DNA from: Octopus bimaculoides
Lineage: Eukaryota
Reading direction: 5' to 3'
DNA: 64,000 nt
NCBI RefSeq assembly: GCF_001194135.2
Contig: NC_068983.1
Coordinates: 159,823,868 to 159,887,867, forward strand
The translations under genes were made by a program, and so were the position numbers. The notes beneath the pieces are model-generated. The model was not told where the DNA came from. It searched no databases and worked only from the letters and a program-made list of their open reading frames with translations. Shown here piece after piece: positions 50,245-63,135 of this stretch (the first letter of the stretch is position 1; each line of letters begins with the position of its first letter).

Positions 50245-50340
50245 TGCAATGTAATTGCTTTGCAATGTAGTTGCTTTGCAATGTAGTTGCTTTGCAATGT
50301 AGTTGCTTTACAATGTAGTTGCTTTGCAATGTAGTTGTTT
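50245..50340. repeat. 16-bp minisatellite TGCAATGTAGTTGCTT x6
   Basis: Read directly. Confidence 0.95.
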
Positions 50341-51571
50341 AACCTTCGTATGTTATAAAAATCCCTGTTATATGCTTCTAAGCAAATTCGGATGCGATTA
50401 CAATTATGATATGAAAACATCACACATGTCTCCCTACTGAGTTTCTTCACTAAAACACTAAAATACATCTCTGGTATTACTAACATAGTGAATGTTTCTC
50501 TACATTTATGGAAGTTTTCGGCAACTTTACCATTCGTATGTAGTAAGTCGCTTCTAGCTCTAATTACTGTAATCCATCGAATTTTATTCCATAAACGAAC
50601 ATCAATCCTAAATTTAATTTTCTTAGTCAGGAATTTAACATCAGCTAAAAACTGCCATAGTAATTCTCCTTGTCAATCACAGGCAAAGGCAATAGTTATA
50701 TTTTGATGGGTGGGGCTTGTTGAAAAAATAAGTTACATAAAAGCAATTTCATAATAATGAATACATATAGTAGGAACCTTTTTTTCCTCTTTCATGATAT
50801 TTATGCAAAATGATGTAATAACAATTACTTGCAGGTGCACTTACTAGATTTCCCATGTGTTTTAATGCAGTATGAGATGTCAGTGTGACTGAATAGATGC
50901 CAAGGAGTGGTGCTCCAGCAATCATCCAAAACATCTTACTAGCAAGAACAACTTTAATGGAACTCAAGTCCTATTACTGACAATCAAGCCAACTGTAGAT
51001 ATTGCGTCAAAGAAATTCTTTTTAACATCTGTCAGGTTTTATCTTGACTTTTAGTCTTTTCTTGAGAATCATGCGTTTCTGTATGCCAGCATCTTTCTAC
51101 TGTCTCTACTTTAATCCATCTAATGCGTTATAATTCATAAATACAGACAGGTATTCTAGTAATATTTCAATCATACTTCCAAAATGCTACGGACTACTCT
51201 GAATTACTCTGATGCATTACTTCAATAGAAAACAATTATGCAGATATCACAATAAAGGAAGGCATTGTTAATCAACCATCCCTTTGCAAGTAATATTTTT
51301 AAAGTCACATGTCTCGACCAACCCTTCATTTAATATTCCATTTAATATATGACGTCCTCGGAGGTTTATGAATTAGAGTAACATCCAAATTGTATTATCA
51401 TAAACTGGTACAGTCTTAATTTATTAACTCTGTGCTCACAAATGAAACACCCTTATATTAAAATAAACATTGAATATCATACGGAACGTATATAAAACCT
51501 TGACAAGCATGACCTGCGGCGTTTGTCTGAGAGAAGGTCTCTTCACAGATATTTGTTTATGCAAGTATGTT

Positions 51572-51624
<53 letters not shown>

Positions 51625-51779
51625 TGACATGTACTAGTGTATGCAGGCGTGTATGTATGCAGGTATGGATGTATATGTGCAGATTTGCATGCTTTGTTTT
51701 ATGCATGTATTCTCATGCATATAGTTGCATATTCAGACATGCTCATATATATTTAAATGCTAAGCGTTTGGAAAGTTTT

Positions 51780-52135
51780 ACAGATTTTTTTTTTTACAGT
51801 TCCAGTCATGGAATGGATCTCTAGTCTTCGAATTCGCTTTCTCCTTTCTGGTTTTGAGTAGCCTAATTTCTCAAGATTGGTATTTAGGCAGTGTGTTACA
51901 TATCGCAAGGCCCCAATAATTACAGGCATAAACCTGAACTTGTAATCTGGATAGAGTAACTGCAGATTTCTCAATAGCTCAGAGTAGGTATTCTCTTTTT
52001 CACTGATCTTCAGCTTTATGTTAACATCCGCTGGGCAGCTGATTTCTACAACTGTGTACAGTTTCTTTTCTCTATCCCAAATCATTATATCAAGTCTGTT
52101 GTACTTACATTTTATTGAGGTCTTCACTGGGACAC
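51780..52135 (-). mobile_element. R4/Dong-like RLE endonuclease C-terminal fragment
   Basis: NRLDIMIWDREKKLYTVVEISCPADVNIKLKISEKENTYSELL..PVIIGALRYV matches the PD..E..P..K..Y..L..P.IIGALG pattern. Confidence 0.88.
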
Positions 52136-52149
52136 TCCACCACTACTTC

Positions 52150-54675
52150 TTTTTATTATGAATGGCTAGGCTTCTACCATACTGTGGATTATTATTTCTT
52201 TGTCCTCGAGGTCATGTATGTATGTATGTATGTATGTATGTATGTATGTATGTATATGACGCACAAAGAGCGAGATCAAATCTCTACTTGATTTTATGAA
52301 AATGCTATTCATGGAGTAGATCATACTCTCTCCAACCAGGTACAAAAATATCCCGGACCTCTGTTTTACAGAGAATATGAAAATTATGCACAACATAAAT
52401 GTATCACCGACAGTATTCTCAGGCCATAACATGATAGAACTTACAATATATAGCCCGGATATAACTAAAAATAAACTCCGCACAGATGGCGCTCAAACCC
52501 TATCCAGCCGAAATTTCTATAAGGCTGACTGGAAGTCATTTGAAAAAAGATACTCCAGCAGGACTGGCCTAGAAGCCTCTCTATGCAAGACATAGATATG
52601 AAACTCAATAAATTCATGTCAATAATGCGAGCAATATGCATTAAATATGCCCCAGAGAAGGGAGCCAATGCACTCAAAAACATTATTCCCCGAGACAGGG
52701 GAATACTCATGTGACGGAGAATAAAGGTTCGAAGCGTTTAAACAAACACCTTAATGACAGTGTGAAATCCCACCTGACAGAAGAACTCTTCAAGAGAGAA
52801 AATAAACTCAAAATCTCCCATGAAAACGAAAGAGAAGAAAGAGAAACTTGGGCAGTCGAGAATATAAAAAGAAATACTAAATCCTTCTACACATTGGCAA
52901 ATGAGTCTGCCTCGGTAATAAGATAGGGCCACTATATGGTAAAAATGGCTCACTAACTGCAGGCCCAGGGAACATAAGTGAAGCACTAAATAAACAATTC
53001 CGAAGTGTTTTCCCTTCTCCACTGGAAAATATGCAAATAAAGAAGCCGAAGGAGTTTTCAATGTAATGAATCTATTCGGATAGAGTCAAACATCGATAAA
53101 CATCAATATAACAGAAGAGGATGATATATCGGCCATTGATGGGATGAGATCAAACTCAGCAAGAGGCCCAGATGGACTTCCAGCTGTTCTCTTAAAGACA
53201 TGTAAAAAGGCTCTTGCAAAACCACTGTAGATACTCTTTCAGAGTTTCCTTGCATGTGGTAAATTTCCAGTATGCTTAAAGAAGGTGTAATATGCCCTGT
53301 CCATAAAGGAAGGAGGGAGCAAAGAAGATGCTAAAAACTACAAGCTTATCTCACTGATCTCACATGTTAGCAAGACAATGGAACGCACTGTTAGAAAAAG
53401 GCTGATCACCTTCCTAGAAGAAAACAACTTTCTCACAAACACGCAACATGGCTTCCGTCCAGGGAGGAGCTGCCTCACACAGTTGCTCCAGTACTTTGAC
53501 TGGGTACTGGAGCAACAGCTAAACCAGTCAGCTAAGGCATTCGACAAGCTTGACTATAGCATGATATGTCACAAGCTGCGAAACCTTGGTAGTACCGGGA
53601 AACTAGGAGAGTGGCTGCATGATTTTCTGAAGGGCAGTAGCCAGACAATTGCAGCCTTGGTGCTCACCTTATTTGTGGTGGCCCTCTCAGAATGCCTTCC
53701 GCGGTACAGTCAGCCAATCTGACCAGTTATGCTGACGACACATAAGTATCGCAGGCAGATAGGAACCCAGAGGACATCATAAAACTGCAGAAAGACCTGA
53801 ACGAAATCTATAAATGGGCTAACAGAAATAACATGCAGTTCAATGCTATGAAATTTCAGGCACTCCACTATCAGTCCAACACCAGGCTAAAATCGGAATT
53901 CACAGGACCAGAAGGTAATACGATCCCAGAGTCAGAGTCGTTGTGTGATCTGAGGGTTCACATGAGCAATGATGCAACATTCCTTGTGCATATTACCAAG
54001 ATGGCAACACTGTGCAGGAGAGTATCTGGATGGATTCTAAGGACATTCAGAACCAGGAAAAGGGAGGCCCTGCTACTCCTATGGAGGACTTTCGTTCTCA
54101 GCCACTTGGACTACTTCTCCCAACTATGGTCTCCAGAGAGAGTGAAACAAACTGTGGAACTCGAAACAATCCCGCGCCAATACACAAAGAAGATTGACTC
54201 GATGCAAAAAATGGGCTACTGGGAGAGGCTAAAGGAGCTGAGTCTCTATTCCCTGGAAAGAAGATAGGAGAGATATGCGGTGATATATATTTGGAAAATC
54301 TTGGAGGGTTTAGCTCCCAATTGTGGAATTGACAGCTATAGCACTGCATCATACCAAAGACCCCGTCTTCCCCATCTAAAATAAGGACACTATACTGAAA
54401 TAGTCTGCGTTTCAAGAGCCCGCAATTGCTCAACATCCTTCCAGGCCACCTTAGAGATTTACATGGTGTTGATGTGAGAATTTTCAAGGACCGTCTGGAC
54501 AGGTTTCTGTCGGAGATACCAGGTGAACCCACATCATGGCAGGAGATGCAAAGAAGAGCAGCTCCGTCCAACTCGCTACTTCACCAAAAACAATATTGGA
54601 AACAACACCAAGTAACTACAGGTGGTGCACCAGCATGACCTAAGCCTTGGGCTGAAATCCGTAAAAGATAATAAA
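52150..54675 (+). mobile_element. CR1-clade LINE ORF2, 5'-truncated, decayed, with its 3' end
   Basis: PTRYKNIPDLCFT..SGHNMI (APE end); ARGPDGLPAVLLK; QHGFRPGRSCLTQLL; KAFDKLD; YADDT; FVLSHLDYFSQLWSP; LKELSLYSLERR; FKDRLDRFLSEIP. The tail is at 54621-54675. Confidence 0.93.
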
Positions 54676-54905
54676 ACAAGGTTATTTTATTCCATATGGG
54701 TAGACATATAATAAGAATAGAAGTTGAAAATGCACTGAGAATAGTAAAACAAACATTATTATATTTAAAGATTTAACCGGTTTCACAGTTTACACTGATT
54801 TTCAAAAGTTGAAATAGAAAGACAAGGGTTATGCTGCAACTGTCTTGCTTCTGAATAGTGTTTGAATCGTGTCCTATTTCTATAGGGAGTACATGGCTCA
54901 GTAAA

Positions 54906-55236
54906 GGTGTATGGCTCAGTGGTTAGAGCGCCGAACTTACGATCGTGAGGTTGTGAGTTCGATTCCCGGACCGGGCTGTGTGTTGTGTTCTTGAGCAAGA
55001 CACTTTATTTCACGTTGCTCCAGTTAACTCAGCCGTAGAAATGAGTTGCGACATCACTGGTGCCAAGCTGTATCGGCCCTTGCGTTTCCCTTGGATAACA
55101 TTGGTGGCGTAGAGAGGAGAGACTGGTATGCATAAGCGACTGCTTGTCTTCCATAAACAACCTTCCCCGGACTTGTGCCTCGGAGAGGAACTTTCTAGGT
55201 GCAATCCCATGGTCATTCGCGACCGAAGGGGGTCTC
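54906..55236 (+). mobile_element. Full-length tRNA-headed CORE-type SINE
   Basis: A box TGGCTCAGTGG, B box GAGTTCGATTCC, and CORE-like GTGTTCTTGAGCAAGACACTTTATTTCAC. Confidence 0.92.
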
Positions 55237-55262
55237 CAACATGGCTCAAATTAGTATATGTT

Positions 55263-55495
55263 TTGGATAGGATTTGATTGGTAGGGAATAGTCACATGAC
55301 TGGTCTTAGAAATTTTCGTTGGTTCCCCTCTACATCTGTGTGTTAATGTCACTAGACATATTCACTCAACCGTATCAGCCTTAACTTACGATGCCAAACA
55401 TTGTCACTTGACATTAACCATGGACGTAGAGGGAAATCGATAAAAATTTCTAAAACCAGTTTTGTGACTATTTTCTATCAGTCAAATTCTATCAA
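55263..55495. mobile_element. Hairpin MITE with ~95 bp TIRs and a ~43 bp loop
   Basis: 55263-55358 pairs with 55401-55495 (GATAG.ATTTGA.TG.TAG..AATAGTCACA..ACTGGT.TTAGAAATTTT..CCCTCTAC.TC..GTTAATGTCA). Confidence 0.9.
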
Positions 55496-55499
55496 TGTA

Positions 55500-56800
55500 C
55501 TCCGTATAAAAATAGGATAAACTTCAAACACTAGTCAGGAGCGAGACTGTTGCGGCATAACCCACAGTTGAAATGATATATCACGAGTCTCAGAATGGTT
55601 TCAGAGGAGAATGATCGACAGTTACTTTAGTCACATGTTCATATTTGCAAATGTAAAAATTAAGACAACCACTTTCTGCCATTTTCATCGAGCTCACTAA
55701 ATGCTTTGACCTTGTGATTAACGAACGACAGCTTGATCAAAATTCTCGTCAGGATTGATTATATACAGCAAAGCACTTCCAGAGTACGTCAGTCATTTTA
55801 TAAATCCATGATAAATGTTATGTTTCGCATTTCTTATTTGGAGGTTTTTATTATTTGCAACGATGTGATGTATATTTGCTTGCACTCTTTCGTAAACCCT
55901 TTGCAATCATATTGAAGTTGATAGTGTCTACTTACACACCAGATAGGAGGCTAGGCTATATAGTCTGTTTCGACAGATGGTGAAAAACAATGTATTAAAG
56001 GCATATTATTTGCAGACGACAGGGCACTGGAAACACAATAAGCAAAAATACATCACCTTGTAGACACCTTCTCAAGAATCTGCAGGATATCAACTTGACT
56101 ACAAAATAAGGTATTGTGAATCCCAAATGAGAATACTATCCACTATTGGGAACTTTATGAATTCCACGAATTCAATTACATTTGTTATACCAATACAGAC
56201 ATTCCATCCATAAAGTTTGACATCAACAAACATATCAGAAGAGCAGTTTCAACACGCCCCAAGGCTGACAAAGAGTGGCGTTTTAAGGCTTTCAATCTTT
56301 TGCATATAAACACGTTCAGTGGAAATCAAGTGACTTGACTGAATCTCTAAAATGTTAATCTAACGTAACAACAAGTTTGTAGGGATTCGAATCCTAATAG
56401 CAAGATATTCAGTTATTGATCACGAGTAAACGGCCACAGTTTCACGTTATTCATCTATATATTGGCCAATCAGCGTGAAGCTGTGATGTGACATGGCTCT
56501 TCGGTTGATCTAAAATTCGCCTCCTTTTCGCTCTACCAAAACTGTATGGCGCTCAACTCAGACAGAAACCCTAGGGTACTCATAGAAGGCAAACCAGTAA
56601 GACCAGACCACTTCGAGGACTAGGACAAACCACCTCAAGCAAGAACCAACTTCGGACACTCACAAATGACGTGTCTTCTACAGGACATGACAAGTTATCT
56701 CCTCCCAACCAGTGGTTATAATATCAGTATCTTTCTGTTGTAAACAGCCAACACAGTGGATCATGTCCAGCAGCAAATATGTTTAAACTTCGTGACTTGC
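55500..56800 (+). mobile_element. Decayed RTE (BovB-like) LINE RT fragment
   Basis: IYHESQNGFRGE*STV; AIFIELTKCFDLV; LFADDRAL; HLVDTFSRIC; LPKLYG..RP near 56530-56620. Confidence 0.75.
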
Positions 56801-57127
56801 TTCATTTATTATCCATGCAGCCAGATAGAGCATACGACGGTACTCTTCAGTAACACAACACACGCCAGCAATCAACTACCACGACGTTGGTGAACGTGCA
56901 ACTCCGCAACAAGGCTATATTTCTTACGATAATTTTCATCTTGTTTTCTTAACTTGAAAATTAAGCCAGGTAATAAGAAGACACATATATATATAAACCT
57001 TCTTATATATAAGATTGCTATATAGAGGAATGCATTGTACATAATGCATTTCGTTTAATGTTGTGAATATGTATCAACTCAGTTTAGTCATTTTCAAGTT
57101 AGTTGACATTGATATTATTTTGTTTTC

Positions 57128-57350
57128 AGGTGGCGAGCTGGCAGAATCCTTAGCACATCGGGCAAAATGCTTAGCGGCATTTCGCCCGTCTTCACGTTCT
57201 GAGTTAAAATTCCACCAAGATCGAATTTTGTTTCATCAAAGGATGAGGTTCATATAATAGGTAGCAGTTGAGTACAAGGGTGAATATAATCGCCTTAGCT
57301 TTTCCTCCGAACTTGCTGGCTTTATGCCAAAATTTGGAACTGGTTTGTGT
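57128..57350 (+). mobile_element. SINE of the 7383 family
   Basis: AGGTGGCGAGCTGGCAGAATCCTTAGCACATCGGGCAAAATGCTTAGCGGCATTTCG..GTTCTGAGTT. Confidence 0.8.
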
Positions 57351-59444
57351 CCATAAACTGGCAAATCTTCCTTCCGCTGCAGTATTATTATAAAATCTTA
57401 TAGAATAATCGGTTGTTTTATATGTTTAATTCAGCCTTTTTCTAAAGTAGTTTTAGAGGTCAAAAATATTTGAGAGAAACGTGGGGAGAGATTATATAAT
57501 TTGTGCAACTAAATGTATGCAATTTCCACCAGCTTGGAGCTCAGTTATTTCTTTGCAGCAAGGATTATGTATTGCGAATTTTTGTCAATATATGTAAAAT
57601 AAAAATTTCGTAATTTATAATTTACGACAGAGAATATGATTCAATTAATCATGAATAATAATATATATTTAGGCTTACGCTAAAATTAATTTCGTGTTAT
57701 TACCACAAAATGGACGACACATGTAAAACGAATAGTGGTTTACGATAACGGTCTAGCTAGATAGTGTTCGGCTTCGGTACAGTATTATAGACCATGCTTA
57801 GATATGTATTCTTAAATAGAATTACATTATTGTGTTCGTTATACTTTCATGTATAAACAACAAATATTGATTACACAAAAGCAACAATACAGATATGTAG
57901 ATTGATTTAAGAACATTCGAAAGGGTCTATATCTTTCTATATATACTGATATTGTAGATAGATAAGGATAGAGAAAAAAGAGAGAGAGAAAGAGTGAGTG
58001 AGCGAGGGAGAGAGAGTACAGGACGGTGTATTTGGTATAAAATATGTTATATCACGAACGTTATCTTTGAATTGAAATAAGCATATGTCTTTTATAGATG
58101 CGAAGTTAAAGAAACATCAAAGGGTGACGATAAGGCGTGTACATAAAATTCTACTCCACAACTATTTATATTCCATTGGGAGAAAATAATAGTCATAAAT
58201 ATAGGGTTCTTGTACAAAATTATTTCTTCAACAAATATATTTGAAAATTAACAAATGGTTGTATATTGCCAGAAAGACAATATTTTCCCCTTATAGGAGA
58301 GCAAATTATTACTGTAGAAATAAATGTAATATATAATGTGTTCTTAAAAGACGTGCGCTGAAGAAACAAGCTGCAATTTCGCGATTTCTATTATTTGATC
58401 ATTATTCAGTCCTGCTGCACTAATTAACATTACGTAATACCTGAAAAGTATTGTGCGTCACAATCTCTTGTTTGCATACATTAAAATCATACACTTTGTA
58501 TTTATATATAATCAATGCTGATTTTGTCCCCTATTTATTAAATCTATTGTCATATCGTTATTGACCAAATTATTGACTACTTCTACACGAGTTAATTAAA
58601 ATTACTTTAAAATTACATTATTTTCTAGTGGTTTACTATTTGCCGTCGAAATCATATTCTCAATTTAGTGAGTAAAATAACTTTTAGCTTCAAGTTTTGT
58701 TCTATTCATTGAAATATTTGATGGTAAGACTTCCCACAACTTAGAAAGAGTTGAGTAGGCAACATTCTATAGTAATAACTGTTCGATTAAAATGTGAAAT
58801 TCAACAATAGATAGCAAATTGCGTCCTACAACTAAACACTTATCTTTTTCTTAATTCTGCATTACTGGAAATTAAGATGCAGACACTGAGTTAATTGATC
58901 ATCCTATCCAAAACAAAGTTGTTTCCCATTGGTTAAATAATTCAATGAAAACTACAACTACTTAAGTATGATAAGCTACTCACTGAGTTCAGTAAAACGT
59001 GAAGTATATTAATACAGCATTATAAGAAGGGTAACCTCCCTCATCGCCGAAGAATGAAAATTCATGACAAAATCAATAGGTATTTCATCTCCTCACTGCA
59101 GAAAAACATTACTGAATCTTTGGTTTATACTAGACTAGCATTTAAAGACACAGATTACTACTACTCCCCTGCTTAGAGTTTTCATTCCAGTAAACTGTAG
59201 ATTTTATTGAATTTCTCGTAATGAAAGTGGTATTTTTCATAATTTTGCGTATGTTAGTCAGAAAGAAGAGGCTATATTTATGTTCTTTTTACTTTCTGAT
59301 AATATAGATGCAATATATGATTACTTTGAACATATGTAAGTCGACTTTGTCCATGAAGAAAACATGGATGGGGTAAGTCTTTGGGCGTAGCATGTAGTGT
59401 GGGAGTGTGGGACCAGATTGTTCAACAACAAAAATATCGCTGTA

Positions 59445-59555
59445 TTCGACTTTGCCTTTCATCCTTTTCGAGGTCAATAAAATAAGTATCAGTTGAGCAC
59501 TGAGAATGATGTAATCGATTAACCTCTCCCCTAAAAGTCTGAAGCCTCGTGCCGT
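59445..59555 (+). mobile_element. 3' half of a SINE of the 7383 family
   Basis: CGACTTTGCCTTTCATCCTTTTCGAGGTCAATAAAATAAGTATCAGTTGAGCACTG..GATGTAATCGATT. Confidence 0.8.
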
Positions 59556-59950
59556 ACGTAAAGTAGAACAAATATGTTAATAGCTACATTTTTTTGACCT
59601 TCACTGTTAAAAACGAAATACGATTTATATCATATTTCTGCTAGTTTCTAAAATTCATTTGATATCAGCAACAGAAAATTCCCAATGGTAAGAATAAAGC
59701 TTCTAAAATGGTGGGAGAAAATTCGAAGTGTTGCTTTGGCATAATGACACCACGTCTGTCACTTATATGGAAGATGTGAGTTCAGGTCTCACGGGTAGCC
59801 TTCGAGTTTTTCAATTGAAGTATTTTGATTCAATATTCCATACGCCATTGTTTGTAGTTTTATCATCTTGGAGTTCAACCATTAAAAACTGGTTTCTTTC
59901 ATATCTTTCGAAGTCTTTCAAATCCTTGATCTATATACATACATATGCAA

Positions 59951-59981
<31 letters not shown>

Positions 59982-60881
59982 CACACACATGTTATGTGTA
60001 TATATATATNNNNNNNNNNNNNNNNNNNNNNNNNNNNNNNNNNNNNNNNNNNNNNNNNNNNNNNNNNNNNNNNNNNNNNNNNNNNNNNNNNNNNNNNNNN
60101 NNNNNNNNNNNNNNNNNNNNNNNNNNNNNNNNNNNNNNNNNNNNNNNNNNNNNNNNNNNNNNNNNNNNNNNNNNNNNNNNNNNNNNNNNNNNNNNNNNNN
60201 NNNNNNNNNNNNNNNNNNNNNNNNNNNNNNNNNNNNNNNNNNNNNNNNNNNNNNNNNNNNNNNNNNNNNNNNNNNNNNNNNNNNNNNNNNNNNNNNNNNN
60301 NNNNNNNNNNNNNNNNNNNNNNNNNNNNNNNNNNNNNNNNNNNNNNNNNNNNNNNNNNNNNNNNNNNNNNNNNNNNNNNNNNNNNNNNNNNNNNNNNNNN
60401 NNNNNNNNNNNNNNNNNNNNNNNNNNNNNNNNNNNNNNNNNNNNNNNNNNNNNNNNNNNNNNNNNNNNNNNNNNNNNNNNNNNNNNNNNNNNNNNNNNNN
60501 NNNNNNNNNNNNNNNNNNNNNNNNNNNNNNNNNNNNNNNNNNNNNNNNNNNNNNNNNNNNNNNNNNNNNNNNNNNNNNNNNNNNNNNNNNNNNNNNNNNN
60601 NNNNNNNNNNNNNNNNNNNNNNNNNNNNNNNNNNNNNNNNNNNNNNNTTTTTCTACGTATTTAGCCAAAATACATTTCTAGAAAAAGTGAAAGATTACGG
60701 GGTGGAGTGAAATAGGTGTAGGGGGCTTAAAACTTTGAAATGCCGATTTTTTTTGAAGATTTGGTATCGCCACAGTCGAAACGGTGGGTTTCTCTAGAAA
60801 AAAAAGCCTAAACAAAACAACAAAAACGAAAGCGGGTGCGGTCCATGTCCTTTACCTCCGCCTATAAACTGTATGTTTTTA

Positions 60882-60995
60882 TATATATACATATTATTTT
60901 GAGGAAATTAATTCCCCCAAAATATTAGGTATTGAACCAGTATTTCCTTGGATGAAACCATCCCTTCATGAGGTTAACACGACATCTAATCAAAT
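60882..60995 (+). repeat. Second copy of the 15200-15314 repeat
   Basis: Direct alignment by eye. Confidence 0.8.
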
Positions 60996-61649
60996 ATAAT
61001 ATAATATAATATAATATATATACTACACTGGTAGTTGTTAACAGTAATTTAAAGCTATATTATTATAAGTATTCGTTTTAAATTTGCATTTATATTAACT
61101 AATGAAGTAGGTTCATTAATCTATGAATTAAACATTTAAATCTTCCTGATTTTCCTTATCATTTGTGATTTTAAAGCACTATTTAATTTTACTTCCAGCT
61201 TCTATATCTTGGTCGTTCTCTAGTTATCAGCTATTTCTTTTTATGTTTGAGTTATCTATCTAATGTCTAGCGATTTACTTAATGAGTTTCAATTTTATTT
61301 TGTTGTTCAAAGTATGTAAGCATTTTCATATGGTGTTGTAATCAGCTGTCATTGATCTTAATTTCGCCCCCCAGTGATGAAATTAAGAAATATATATAGA
61401 TCTAGAACAGGTAAACTTTAGATTACCAGCAATACTACATTTTCTATAAGTATTCATTACAAAGATAAGATAGTGTAGAACTTAAATACTTATTTGTCCT
61501 CAGTCCTAATTTGGATGGTATTTACTTTCAAATAAAACACGTACTACTATGACTGGTGTTGAATCATTTGATTATACATCATACCTCTTACTAATTTCGT
61601 TTACACCAAAGAAGAAAATCAATCTTCACATGTGGTAATACAACATGCC

Positions 61650-61770
61650 ACAAGAAGGTAAAAGTAGCGAAGAAACAGATTTAATGACTTGAAGCGTTAC
61701 ATCCGCATTTTTACATTTTGAGTTCGAAATCCGTCGAGGTTAACTTGACTTGTTTTTTTTTCTGGGATCG
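61650..61770 (+). mobile_element. Diverged SINE fragment of the 7383 family
   Basis: TTTTGAGTTCGAAATCCGTCGAGGTTAACTTGAC..GGGATCGATA. Confidence 0.5.
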
Positions 61771-62271
61771 ATATGATAATTAGTTAGATTCAGTTGACCG
61801 ATCTTCTGTGACATTTTACGGGTTGCATAATAAAGTAGAACAATCAGTATCAAATATTAAAAAGGATGGTATTTGGATGAAAAAGCGTGGGACTCTGAAC
61901 ATAGTGTGGTTTTTGCAGTAGAAAACACTATGAATTGTCATTAATCGTGCTGGGACGTTAAAATATGTATGCTACCTACAATCCAAGAGCATTCTTCGTA
62001 ATACCATATATCAAAGCAAAAACGTTCGAGTAGATATAGGCGTTTGAAATGAAGTAAGTTAAAAATATAAGCAGTCCAATAAAGACAAAATATTGATTTG
62101 GCACATATTAAGACTTAGTATTCCGATCTAATAATAAACTATCGAAACTCCTTAACTCCTGTAACTCTCCTCAAGTAGAGAATAAGACTTCTCGCATAAA
62201 ACACTACTTAAATTCAATATCCTTCTTATGTATGTCTATATATATGTCTATGTACACATATGTGCATATAA

Positions 62272-62304
<33 letters not shown>

Positions 62305-62306
62305 TT

Positions 62307-62344
<38 letters not shown>

Positions 62345-62354
62345 AATGCGCCCT

Positions 62355-62553
62355 TTTAAAGCTTGGCCAGGCTCATGGGCCCGGTTTCAATGGCGTATGT
62401 GTTCCCTAGCTGGACACGACGCCAGTCCATCGCAGCATTAGTCATTTTTGCCAGCTGAGTGGACTGGAGCAACGTGAAATGAAGTGTTTTGCTCAAGAAC
62501 ACAACGCGTCGTCCGGTCCAGGAATGGAAACCACAATCTTACGATCATGATGC
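62355..62553 (-). mobile_element. CORE-type SINE; its head runs into the N gap
   Basis: Reverse complement: GTTGTGTTCTTGAGCAAAACACTTCATTTCACGTTGCTCCAGTCCACTCAGCTGG..GCGATGGACTGGCGTCGTGTCCAG. Confidence 0.85.
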
Positions 62554-63135
62554 NNNNNNNNNNNNNNNNNNNNNNNNNNNNNNNNNNNNNNNNNNNNNNN
62601 NNNNNNNNNNNNNNNNNNNNNNNNNNNNNNNNNNNNNNNNNNNNNNNNNNNNNNNNNNNNNNNNNNNNNNNNNNNNNNNNNNNNNNNNNNNNNNNNNNNN
62701 NNNNNNNNNNNNNNNNNNNNNNNNNNNNNNNNNNNNNNNNNNNNNNNNNNNNNNNNNNNNNNNNNNNNNNNNNNNNNNNNNNNNNNNNNNNNNNNNNNNN
62801 NNNNNNNNNNNNNNNNNNNNNNNNNNNNNNNNNNNNNNNNNNNNNNNNNNNNNNNNNNNNNNNNNNNNNNNNNNNNNNNNNNNNNNNNNNNNNNNNNNNN
62901 NNNAAATGCCACTTTAAAAAAAAATGGGTGGGGGGCGGTTAATTAATTTACATTACATGTTTTGGTTTTTTTGAAAAACCTTATGAAAAATCAGTCTAAA
63001 ATATGTGAGAAGAGAAGAAGACTATTAATAAGATAAAATCGAAATTAGAATTAAGAATGACATTCATAGGTTACTGTTATTTCTTGCATGCGCACGTGGT
63101 CCTTTCGTTCTGATCTGAAACCATAGACTATGGCC

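Noticed and set aside
24996-50340. Short tandem arrays considered as CRISPR-like
   Set aside because: They have no unique spacers; they are simple minisatellites in a eukaryotic genome.
50845-50938. Possible 94-bp minus-strand exon ending CTA|GTAAGT, and an overlapping Cys-rich frame DVLDDCWSTTPW..KCTCK
   Set aside because: No recognisable protein, weak exon-end context, and the Cys-rich frame is bounded by stops.
56455-56480. Canonical CCAAT box (GGCCAATCAG) suggesting a promoter
   Set aside because: It lies within the decayed RTE coding region, with no other promoter evidence.
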